Shown here piece by piece: positions 54,467 to 64,000 of a DNA stretch of 64,000 nt. The DNA comes from Salisapilia sapeloensis CBS 127946. Its lineage: Eukaryota > Protista > Oomycota. Within the stretch, counting starts at the first letter, position 1, and each line of letters starts with the position of its first letter. Made by a program: the position numbers and the translations under genes. The stretch covers positions 1 to 64,000 of the forward strand of contig JAADVB010000052.1 in the NCBI GenBank assembly GCA_023334545.1, read 5' to 3'. The notes beneath the pieces are model-generated. The model saw nothing but the letters and a program-made list of their open reading frames with translations. It was not told the DNA's origin and ran no database searches.

Positions 54467-55642
54467 GCCGAGAGCACGTTTCTAAAACTTATATAAAAGG
54501 GTGCAACAATTTCGCTTCTATTCAAGTCATATGCAGATACGCCGTAGTAGTACTCGTTAAAGTCTAGCATGAGCGGTGGCTTGACGTAGTGGAAGGACAC
54601 CGTGTCGGGAGCACAGCAGTCGCTCCCGTTCTTCCACCCGATGCCGTAGTGGTCGGAGAACCAATTGTTCTCCTGGTAGATCGACTTAAAGAGTGCATGG
54701 TCGTACGCTTCCGTGTCCATCTCCCGAAAGTAAATTTTCACTGGGTCGTACTGATGGAACCGCTCCCGCTTCTCTGCATCTCGAGTGTCACGAGGTCGGA
54801 CGTTGTGCTGCCGCATGCAGAACGAGATGGCCCAGTCGTCCGGAACTTCCATGTCCGGAAGGCAGTATGGCTCATCGAACGACTGTGCCAGTAGACGTAT
54901 GTACGCCCAGTTCATAGCATACCCTCCGCCTCCTGGTGTGTAGAAGAGCCCGCCCATGCCGATCGTCTCCTTCTTTATTCGCTTCATGATCTTCACGTGC
55001 TCCGGATGCTGGTCTCTAAAAGGATGAAACTTCCGCTCCATTTCCCACCTTTACATACTGTTAGCCTTATTTTTTTTAAGTTTCTTGTACCATGTACCAT
55101 TGAAGCGTCATGCGGTGGCCGAGGATAGTCGGTTCCGATGTTGGGATTTGAGTCACTTCCGGAGACAGTAAAAACTTTTTCAGGTTCTCCATGACCACGA
55201 ACGTATCGTCGTCGCACTTAAAGATCCAGTCAAAGTCACCTTCATCGTACTCTCGAATGAGCGTTCGAACCACCTCTCGATGCTTTTGCCACAAGAGGTC
55301 GTGCAGCGGTGGCGCAGCGATGGGGACTGTCGCGAACTCCTCGTCGTATACGTCGCTCATGAAAACGATTTTGTCACACTTTTTACCCCACGTCTTACGA
55401 ATTGGGCCCACTCGATCGGCGTGGTTTTTGTGATAAGTATTTACCCAGCATAAAACTCGAACACTCTTCTCCTCTTCCTGCGACAGAGGCTGGACGTTCA
55501 CGACGCCCATGGCATGCACATTATCACCAAGACGCTCTTCGAGACTACCCAAGTAATAGTCGCTTGGGATATCCTTCTGACGAAGTGCCCATACGAATGC
55601 AAAATGCAATAGACCGAGCAGCAGTCGCATTGCGCCTGCCAT
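54463..55642 (-). CDS. GT31 glycosyltransferase (C1GALT1/Fringe-like), at least 2 exons
   Basis: Signal peptide, RVLCWV, TWGKKCDK, DWIFKCDDDTF (DxD), GGGGYAM, and CCAPDTVSFHYV. Intron at about 55046-55098. The 3' end is uncertain. Confidence 0.88.
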
Positions 55643-55736
55643 CACGTTTGTCGACAATCACCCTCGTTACGTGTTCGACCGTTCCATTTCATAACGAAAT
55701 CGCATACAAAAACAAGGTTAAACCGATCTTTAAGAG

Positions 55737-56471
55737 ATGGATAGCGATCTGTACGACTGGCAGGATACGTCGTTCAAGGTGCTTGCAATTACGTTTGCTG
55801 GGAGCATTGGGCTCTTTGTTGCTTGCTATGCTGTCATTCATGTGCATGTGAAACGCACATTCGCTCAAAAGCCAAAAAGTCTGCGGTCTACGGCGGACTC
55901 ACGTGAACTCGTCCTGATCAAAAAGCACACCAAAGTGGTGCGACTACTTGCACTGCTTTCATTCGCTCTGCAATGCCAACTCCTTCGCTTCGCCAAGTCG
56001 AGTACAGCAGAAGGTGCAAGAATGGCGTTTATGCGCACATTGTATCGCCCTGCCGGTGGTATCTGCATCCACTTCCTAGGCTTTGCCACGAACTCTCACT
56101 CCATCTATCGAGTCGTATATGCCGTCTTAAGTGGCCTGTACCTGGTCATTGACTGCATCGATGATGTCAATATCGCTATGCAGATGCATTGCATGAACAT
56201 GGAAGCCTTGACTTGTGGTAGTGAAGGCGTCTCCAACTACTCTCTTTCTGAACTACGCATACTTCATTACCGAAACCTCTTCAGTCTAATGCTCTACCCA
56301 TGGTTACTGCTTGAGCTCGGTCTGCTCATCCAATCCATCGGTCTCGTTCATTCACAGTATTCCAACCGCCAACTTTCCATCTCACGACCCTCCTACAATC
56401 TTCGAGCCGCTCTTGCAACTTACTATCCTTCCAAACGAATGGAGCGTCCTCAGTACTTTCGATCGTCTTGA
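55737..56471 (+). CDS. Hypothetical multi-pass membrane protein
   Basis: 244-aa ORF with about 4 hydrophobic segments. No family recognised. Confidence 0.6.
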   Translation: MDSDLYDWQDTSFKVLAITFAGSIGLFVACYAVIHVHVKRTFAQKPKSLRSTADSRELVLIKKHTKVVRLLALLSFALQCQLLRFAKSSTAEGARMAFMRTLYRPAGGICIHFLGFATNSHSIYRVVYAVLSGLYLVIDCIDDVNIAMQMHCMNMEALTCGSEGVSNYSLSELRILHYRNLFSLMLYPWLLLELGLLIQSIGLVHSQYSNRQLSISRPSYNLRAALATYYPSKRMERPQYFRSS

Positions 56472-56599
56472 AAAACTCCAAGCACTGCACAAGAGGGCCC
56501 GAACGCCAAGTTACTACGTGTTGATAAAATGATAGAACCAGTTGTGTTTATTTTTACACCAAGAAACGTGTTCGAAGCAGTTTTATCCTTGCTTAGAGT

Positions 56600-58121
56600 A
56601 TGTCGGAGACCACGGCTGCTGCTGCCACCGTCAGCATCAAACCTTCCCATCATGCACCTCGAAAACGCTTCCATGTCCAGCTAGATCCCTCCAATCCTGT
56701 CGAAGTGAGCTTGAAAGAGCTACAGCTACAGCAACAGCAGTCCACGGGCACTGCTGACAGCACACCTCCATCAACTACCCCGGACGACCAGCCACCAACT
56801 GCCTCGCCTCCAGTTGAAGCTTCTAGTGGCAGTGAACAGAACAGTTCTGCCAAAGTTGTACCGGAACTGGAGCCTCGTTACTCTCGATACAACATCATCG
56901 AGCGTCTTGAAAAGCGCTATGGCGGTGGTGTCGTTGCCTCCTCGACCGACAACGGGGCTGCACAAGTAGACGGGATGTTCCATCGGACGGAAGATGATGA
57001 TTTGTATGACTCGGAGGACTCGTTTATCGACGACGAAGAGTTGCACCAGAACATCGAAGAGCTGCATGGCGAAACGCAGGTGCAGACAAAGCACTCTGGC
57101 TTCTTCGTGAATGCAGGCGACGAGATCGAGACATTCCAGAACAAGAAGGACGATAGTGAAAGTGGCAATAAGCTAGGCAAAGTAGGAGAGTCGTCAAGAG
57201 CAGTGAAGAATTTCCTGGATGAATGGTCGGATGCTGCAGCCGAGTGGCAGCCATCTCAGGAAGTGCTAGATCGCTTACAGGAGCTCCGAGAAGCTGCTCT
57301 CGAACGTAAGTACCTAGCAATTACTATGTATGCACCATCCACAAAGAACTCATTGTAAAAATGCACTAGTGACAAAGACAAGTCCATTTACAAAGGTATT
57401 CCCTCGATCCCTCGATGACACGTTAAGAGCAGTCGACAAGGTCGTCGTCGACTCCCATCCGAATCGGTGGCGAGTCAACGGGTATTTTGCGACTCTCATG
57501 ACCTTCCTCCCGTTCACCAAGCAGTACTTGAAGACCAACATGCTCCGGTTGGAAGCTCGAGACAACGCCAGGTCCGTCAAGGATGAAGTGGAGAAGCTCA
57601 TCACAGCCTTTGCAGACGACCTACCGACGTACATTAGCCAAGCTCAGAGCACAGAGCCGAATGGGATCAAAGAGGAGTTGGCACAGAACAAAGAGCTAGG
57701 ACAGAAACTGCATGCGATCCTGACGCTCCATGATGAGTGGGTCGTGAAAGAAAACGAGTTCCGGCCATTGCTCAAGAATGAAGACAAGAAGAACATGCCG
57801 GAGCAAGAGTACGCACAGCTGAACGCACGACAGGAACGCAATCGGATCCTCAGTCGACTCGTCACGCTCTTCCCGCAAGGCCACATGGACGTGTCGGCGC
57901 TACGTCGGCTGCATAAACTCGTAAAGCCCAAGCAGACGAAGAAAAAGACACCAACAGCACCCTCTACACAAAAGCCTAAAACAACCGTGACCCCACCAAC
58001 AAAGAAGAGCACAGTCTCATCCACAAGTCAATCTCCTTCATCTGTGAAGCGGCCTATACGAGCGTTCAAGTCTCGCGCCATGGACGAGTCTCCAGCCTTT
58101 AACGAGAACGATTTTGAGTAG
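56600..58121 (+). CDS. Ubinuclein/HPC2-like histone chaperone subunit (HUN domain), 2 exons
   Basis: IIERLEKRY...YDSEDSFIDDEEL...GFFVNAG is the Hpc2-related domain. Intron at about 57306-57369. Confidence 0.82.
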
Positions 58122-58152
58122 CCTATTTCCCAACAACAGTCTCTTTTTTTTC

Positions 58153-60531
58153 TTATGTCTCTTTATCAATGCGGTCGAACACCATGACCATCTCACAGTG
58201 AGGCGTGTGGGGGAACATGTCCACAGGCATCGCGCCGACAGGTCGGAACGCCGTACCTGTGACGGCCTTAGTGCCTGGTCCACACAGCACCGTCGCATCC
58301 TCTATCAGCGACTTGGTCGGGTTGCACGACACGTACACGATCCTCTCCACCGGAGCACACGCCCGTAGAGAACGTAGCACTTGGTGGTGCAGTCCAGCTC
58401 GAGGTGGGTCGACGATAGCCACGACCTTTGTCAGATCCTTTTCGTCCTCCTCCTTGCCTCTCAGTAGTCCCTTCATCACGTCCTCAGCCTTGGAGTTGAT
58501 AAAGTGGGCATTGTCCACCTTGTTCAGAGCAGCATTCGCCTCTGCATCTGTCGTCGCGGCCGTCGACAGCTCAATTCCGACGACCTTCCCGCACTTTTCA
58601 GCGGCACACAGGCCAATAGTTCCTGTTCCGCAGCAGACGTCGTACAAGAGTGTCTTGTCATCCAGCTTAGCCTGATCCTTCACGAGCGAGTAAAGGACCT
58701 CGGCGCCTGGCGTGTTCACCTGGAAGAAGGCGTTGGGAGATACTCGGAAGCGCATGCCGAGCATCTCTTCCATGATGCTGTCTTCTCCAAAGAGTTTTGT
58801 CACTGGGTCACTTTCGCTCGCGACAGAGATGCCAGCGTACTCTTGAACGTACAGCGATGTCACCTTCACGCCACAAGCGTCTGGATCATTAAATGTCGTA
58901 GCCAGTACCCGGCGTAGTTCATCAGAAGACCCGTCCTCTTCCAATTCAGCAGGGTTCAGCTGGACCATGAGCATCAGATCCTGCGTGCGAGCGCTATATC
59001 TCGCTGTGAGCATGCGCCACACGCCCGTCTTCTTTTCTACGCTGTACACAGGCCACGAGGAGTCTCGAATCAGCTTCTGCAATGCCGCACAAGCTTTCTT
59101 CATCGCATCTGGAACGTTAATACATCCGTCCGGACTGTTGACGACCACTGAGCCTTCTTTAAACAGTCCCAGTCGGAAGCCAACACATGCTTCCCCCGCT
59201 TCATCCTTCCCGATGGTGAACTCACACTTGTTCCGGTACTCTTCTGTCATAGGCGAACCTCTGATCGGATCCAGAGGACAGCAGAGACCCTTGTGACTCG
59301 CCATGCCAACGACATCCTTCCCTTTCAAAGGCACCTTTCGATCAATAGTGTACTCGCTGTTCACATACGAGACGGCATCAGACGTCAACAAGAGGATCTG
59401 AGCGTGGTGCGAAGCCATTCCCTTCACCTCCGTGATACCAGCATCTCCCACTCTACTTTCGCTAAAGGACAGAACGCAACTGCTGTCGAATTCGCCTCCT
59501 TTGGGAAGGCTCGCATACTTCCATTCGTTCGTCTCTGGAGCGTAAGCGTACAGAGCCATGTCATGGATGCCAATGAGTCGAGCACCATCCACCTGTGCGA
59601 TGCGAGTCCAGTCTCCAGTTGCATACTGGCCTTCTCCCGTTTGCCAGTAGATGTCACCCTTGTCCGTACAGCACAGAAGATTGCCCTTCAGAGACGCTAG
59701 GCTAGTGATCTTTGCATCCTTCGGACCGTCGCAAATCTTCTGCCAGCTTGTGCCGGACGAACTCCGGCGCAAGAGGTAGATGGCGTCGCCTCCACAGCAG
59801 GCAGCCAGCTCTCCTCCGAACGAAATAAGGTCCACTGCATTCGACACGGACGTCACTTGTTTCCATTCACTGTCCACGTCGGCTTCATGCGTTCGCTCGA
59901 GTATCATGCCATCCTCCACGATAAACAGAGAGCCGTGACTTTCCAACCACTCTGGAACGTACTGCTTCTTCACAATCTCTTGTTCTCCACTGTTCTTACT
60001 ACGCTTCATCGCCTCAACTTTAGCTCGCTTCTCTTTCTTTGTAAAAGCTGCACGAGCTTTTCGAACGAAACGCACAAGCACTTTCTTCATCTCATTCTCT
60101 TTCCGCTCTAATTGAGTCTCATATGGTACGTTCGCCCATGGGGTCACAGCATCCTCTGCCTCAGCTGCTACGCTGGTCTCCTCCGCCTTCTCCTCTTTAT
60201 TGTTGTCACCATCCTGATCGTCACGACGACGCTTTCGAGAGCGTTTATTATCCTTCTTCGGCAGTGCATCACTGACATCCAATGGCTCTCCATTCCACGT
60301 CAACTGAGCCAGTAGAGATTTGGCATTCTCACGCTGTTCCTTCGACTCAAAGTGGATAAAGCCAAAGGAGAGCTGGCGAGCCTTTTGGACTTTCACAAAC
60401 GGAACTTCGTGTTTGCTCAGAAACTCCTCCATGACTTTTGAGGTCTTCCATTGACCATAATTGAGTACAATAACCTTGATTTCCTCCTTCTCGGTGCTAG
60501 AAATCGTCTCTGCTACATCCGTCGACGCCAT
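58153..60531 (-). CDS. TRMT2A: tRNA (uracil-54-C5)-methyltransferase TRM2/TRMT2A with RRM
   Basis: N-terminal RRM, VTPWANVPYETQL, YRNKCEFTIG, AFFQVN, DVCCGTGTIG, IVDPPRAGL, YVSCNP, VDMFPHTPHCE. Confidence 0.93.
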   Translation of the reverse strand: MASTDVAETISSTEKEEIKVIVLNYGQWKTSKVMEEFLSKHEVPFVKVQKARQLSFGFIHFESKEQRENAKSLLAQLTWNGEPLDVSDALPKKDNKRSRKRRRDDQDGDNNKEEKAEETSVAAEAEDAVTPWANVPYETQLERKENEMKKVLVRFVRKARAAFTKKEKRAKVEAMKRSKNSGEQEIVKKQYVPEWLESHGSLFIVEDGMILERTHEADVDSEWKQVTSVSNAVDLISFGGELAACCGGDAIYLLRRSSSGTSWQKICDGPKDAKITSLASLKGNLLCCTDKGDIYWQTGEGQYATGDWTRIAQVDGARLIGIHDMALYAYAPETNEWKYASLPKGGEFDSSCVLSFSESRVGDAGITEVKGMASHHAQILLLTSDAVSYVNSEYTIDRKVPLKGKDVVGMASHKGLCCPLDPIRGSPMTEEYRNKCEFTIGKDEAGEACVGFRLGLFKEGSVVVNSPDGCINVPDAMKKACAALQKLIRDSSWPVYSVEKKTGVWRMLTARYSARTQDLMLMVQLNPAELEEDGSSDELRRVLATTFNDPDACGVKVTSLYVQEYAGISVASESDPVTKLFGEDSIMEEMLGMRFRVSPNAFFQVNTPGAEVLYSLVKDQAKLDDKTLLYDVCCGTGTIGLCAAEKCGKVVGIELSTAATTDAEANAALNKVDNAHFINSKAEDVMKGLLRGKEEDEKDLTKVVAIVDPPRAGLHHQVLRSLRACAPVERIVYVSCNPTKSLIEDATVLCGPGTKAVTGTAFRPVGAMPVDMFPHTPHCEMVMVFDRIDKET

Positions 60532-60611
60532 TGCCAGCGTCTCCAGTCAATTTTGATGGTTTTGTTGCTCTGTTCTTCCAAATGATTGGTGAAAATTAAA
60601 TTGTAGAGTAT

Positions 60612-61302
60612 ATGATTGGTGAAAAAGAGTCAACACGATCAAAAGGCATTGCTATGATGGCGAGTCCGACGACGGAGACAGCGACGCCGAGGCGCATGGA
60701 GCCCTTGCTACGACCTACGAGTATCCAAGAGGACTTTGAAGTTTCTGTGCATGAGTGCCCGAAAATAATGATGCGAGAAGTAAAGCACGTATTCCCAGAC
60801 CGCTTCACGTCGAAGCCTTATCCTCCTGTCATCGCAGTCGTGACCTGCCAGCGAGCTCGAATGGACTTAAGCAACTTCGGTGAAGAAGCTGATAAAGAGA
60901 AGGACAGGTTGCTGGAGTCATTCGTGGACTTTGCTCAGCATGTTACCAAAGAGCTTCAGAAACTTGACCACTGGGCAGACTTTATCGATCCTTGCTCTGG
61001 TCTACCGGTACGTATCTATGCTTGCTATCTTACCACGTTCATACAATCGTGTTCTTAAGTGTACTTTTATGTAATGACTCTAGATGCTGACACCGCAGTC
61101 GAACAAAGTGTACAGCGAAGTGGATGGGGTGGAGTTACTCCTTCGGTATCGATGTCTTAGCGCAGGCATGTGCAAGATTCTACTGCATCCAACATGGGGA
61201 GCAGCAGTCTATCCTGCCTCCCTATTCACCACTGCTCCCTTTGATGCTGTTCAGCAGGCCATTCACAGCTACCGTCCTACCAACCCAGACGTCTCTGAAT
61301 GA
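60612..61302 (+). CDS. MMADHC: Cobalamin trafficking protein MMADHC (CblD), 2 exons
   Basis: EVSVHECP, EKDRLLESF, WADFIDPCSGLP|M, GMCKILLHPTWGAAVYPASLFTTAP. Confidence 0.88.
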
Positions 61303-61552
61303 GACTTGCACTGCATCTAGTTAGCCTACTCACCCATCCTCTTGTCTAGTATAGATACTACCCAGGATATAAAGCCTATGCTACCCAATATACATCCAAA
61401 TTCAAGAAAACCCATTTAGCATCATTGGTCAAAGTTACAACAAATTCATGATATGATGATACATTTCGAAAATGTAGCGAATCAATTTGCGTATATAGTT
61501 AGAAACGTCGCAGTTTATAGACAACCAATTCGAGCACCAAACGATTAGAGTC

Positions 61553-62496
61553 ATGTCGAGCGGCTTTCGTGTACGATCCCACTGCATTTACTCCTTCCCT
61601 GACGTATGGAGCATATGAGATACTAAACGCTGGATTTATTTTCACAGGGAACGAGCTTGGAACAGGACAACCGCTTCGTGAATAATGACAAGAAGCTCAT
61701 GGCCAAGATGACGTTCCCCGACAGCTTTCGCCAACGAGTAAATTTTAAAAAAGTCAAAGTGGAGGTCGTGCACAATTGGGTAGCTGAACGAATTACCAAA
61801 ATCCTTGGCTTTGAAGATGAAATTGTGATCTCCATGATCAATAACATGCTCGATGCAGCTGCCGAGGGAGAGTCTCTCGATCCTCGTCAGCTGCAAATTC
61901 AAGTCACAGGCTTTTTAGAAAAAGACGCCGCAGCCTTTTGCAAAGAGCTGTGGGAGCTACTGCTTAGTGCACAGGAGAATCCAACGGGCATTCCGACATC
62001 TATACTAGAAAAGAAGAAACAAGAGCTCGAGAAAATCGCCAAAGAAAAGCAAGATCTTAAGACTGCAATTGAAAAGAACCAACGAAACTCTCGATTCAGT
62101 GAAAGAAAAGAAAATCACGGGGTGAAACCTCGAAAAAGTCGCTTCCACAGCTCCAAAGAGGATAGCAGCAATGATCGTCCTGCTAGACCGCATCAAGACA
62201 AGTCACGCTCTCGATCCAGAACACCTCCTCGACGCCGCCGTAGATCTCGTTCGGATAGCCCCCCTCGACGCCGGCGAAACAGGTAAGCCCATAAGCTAGC
62301 TGACAAGTAAACATATGGCTGATAAAGATATTCTAGATCTCGCTCGGACTCTTGGGGTCGACGTCCTCGTCGACATTCTCCTTCCAGCTCTCGGTCTCGG
62401 TCTCGATCTCGCTCTCGCTCGCGTTCCCGAGGCCGTCGTCGACCTCGATCCGCATCAAGCTCTCGATCTCGCTCTCGAGGGCGTTCCAGCAGGTAA
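61553..62496 (+). CDS. PWI-domain SR protein (SRRM1/SRm160-like), about 3 exons
   Basis: MSSGFR|GTSLEQDNRF, WVAERITKILGFEDEIV, QIQVTGFLEKDAAAFCKELWELLLSAQ, and an RS tail. The 3' end is approximate. Confidence 0.88.
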
Positions 62497-62622
62497 CATC
62501 TACTTAATCTGTCCAAAAAGACAAGAAATGACGGGAACTATTGTAGAAGCCGAGACTAGTCCGAAACACTTCAAGCCAGGATGGAATACAATGCATTTGT
62601 TCCTAAAAAGTCGCTTATGTGA

Positions 62623-63596
62623 TTAACTGCTGTCGATAGTAGCTACGTGAACTTGGATGGAGGATTTATAAAGCTTTTCCTGTGCTTTAATGTGCGCTTC
62701 CACTTCCTCCATTAGCCCTTCCAGCTCTTGTATTGTTGCCTCCGCTTTCTTTTTCACCCATTCTTCTCCTTCAGTCGACCGTTTGAGCCAGTATAATGCC
62801 ATGGTGTAATTTACCTCCAAGCCATCTCCGAGCGCATACATGTGGCCGAGCGCGAGCATCGCAGGTGTGAAGTCGCGCTCAGCAGCTTTTTCGAATAGCT
62901 CCTTTGCAATTGCAGAGTTCCTCTTCTTCCCTCTGCCGTAAAGATGCATCAATCCGAGATGGTACATCGCTTCCACAAGTCTATTGTCTTCGCTTGCTGC
63001 CTCATACAATTCACTAGCCTTGGCAAAGTCGAGAGGAACACCTCGTCCGTATTCATATAGGATGGCAAGATAGAACATGGCTCGATGACTGCCCATGGCG
63101 CCAGCTTCTGTTAGCAATCGAACTGCTTTCTCAGTATCCCTCAATACACCTCTACCTTCAGCGTATATTCTATAGATGGATCAGAGACATGTATAAAGAC
63201 ACTTTATTGACAAACGTACAACGCCAGTTTCCATTTCGCATCAAGATGGCCGTTGTGAGCACTGGACGAAAACCAATTGTGACTCAAATGATCGCTTGGA
63301 GAGACAGCTACTCCTGTTTCGTATAGCACACCCAAGGCAAATTGGGCATCGATGTGGTTTTCCTCAGCGGCTCGCTTTAGTAACTTGACGGCTTCCACTT
63401 CATCTTTTTCCAGTCCATGACCATAGAGTTTCGCCATCGCTAGCAAATACATGGCACTCGAATGTCCTTGATTCGCAGCATGAAGCATGGACGACAAAGA
63501 TTCTGCGTCTATCCATTCAGGCGAGACCGGGAGCAAGTCCGCTACGTTAGCAAGGGTGAAGCCAAGTAGAAGAGAGACGAGCACAAGACAATGCAT
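62623..63596 (-). CDS. Secreted/ER SEL1-repeat protein, 2 exons
   Basis: Signal peptide MHCLVLVSLLLGFTLA, then SEL1 units AMYLLAMAKLYGHG, AQFALGVLYETG, AMFYLAILYEYGRG, AMYHLGLMHLYGRG. Confidence 0.85.
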
Positions 63597-63822
63597 CTAT
63601 CAGACGTCGCAGAAGAGTGAAGGGGCACAGGAGACTGAAACTATCGTTTTGAAGGAAATAGGAGCGAGGAGGCAATTAAGCTTGTATCCAGAGGCATTTG
63701 GCTTCCAGCTCACTCGCTTCATTGTATTAAAGTGCTTTAGAGCAAAAAAGAAGAGGAAAGCCGGCTGCTAGAGAAAAAGAAAGCTTAACTACTGCGGAAA
63801 TGCATCATTCCAGCGATTTCGT

Positions 63823-63982
63823 CTAAAGGAATTTGGCAACGCCGGCGTCGATCGTTTCCTTGGAAAGCTCCGACGCGTCCGTGGCCGTCAGGTGGATACC
63901 GACGCCGACAAGCACACGCTTGATGGCTTCCTTGGAAGACGCGTACAGCATCTTGCTCTTGATACGAGCCGTGTCTGGCGAC
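63823..63982 (-). CDS. Cofilin/actin-depolymerising factor, last exon (gene continues beyond the window)
   Basis: SPDTARIKSKMLYASSKEAIKRVLVGVGIHLTATDASEL is the ADF-H C-terminal signature. Confidence 0.88.
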
Positions 63983-64000
63983 CTATATCCAGTAAAAATG

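Noticed and set aside
49844-58121. Two histone-chaperone genes (SPT16, ubinuclein/HPC2) within 8 kb
   Set aside because: They are separated by unrelated genes and belong to different complexes, so the proximity is likely coincidental.
62330-62490. TCTCGA/TCTCGG hexamer repeats (also near 44510-44640)
   Set aside because: They simply encode RS/RD dipeptide tracts of SRRM1 and U2AF65, and are not a DNA repeat element or CRISPR.
1-64000. Searched by eye for tRNA/rRNA genes, CRISPR arrays, transposase/RT ORFs, RxLR/Crinkler effector motifs and recoded stops
   Set aside because: None was recognised. All gene models read with the standard code and canonical introns.

Overview
Gene-dense eukaryotic DNA with short GT-AG introns, mostly about 50-70 nt. 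It is most likely from an oomycete or related flagellated stramenopile (inference from the outer-arm dynein, DRC7, the PP2C-cNMP-kinase fusion and oomycete-type RING/SEL1 genes). About 33 protein-coding genes can be read. Most are housekeeping (dynein heavy chain, SPT16, U2AF65, SRRM1, RPL7A, RPLP1, cystathionine gamma-lyase, TRM2, MMADHC, cofilin). No rRNA, tRNA, CRISPR array or intact mobile element was recognised. Best leads: (1) an MLKL-like four-helix-bundle domain fused to SEL1 repeats, a possible sensor-executioner protein; (2) an intronless, catalytically intact YqaJ/lambda-exonuclease-like nuclease resembling giant-virus proteins; (3) a bacterial-type ALDH+SDR pair like those of amine gamma-glutamylation clusters; (4) a ~220-aa beta-propeller-like insertion inside TRM2/TRMT2A; (5) a long, structured RPL7A intron that may host an ncRNA; (6) an RRM-less protein sharing U2AF65's N-terminal motifs. 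Exon boundaries were read by eye, and family assignments come from recalled motifs, not from searches.
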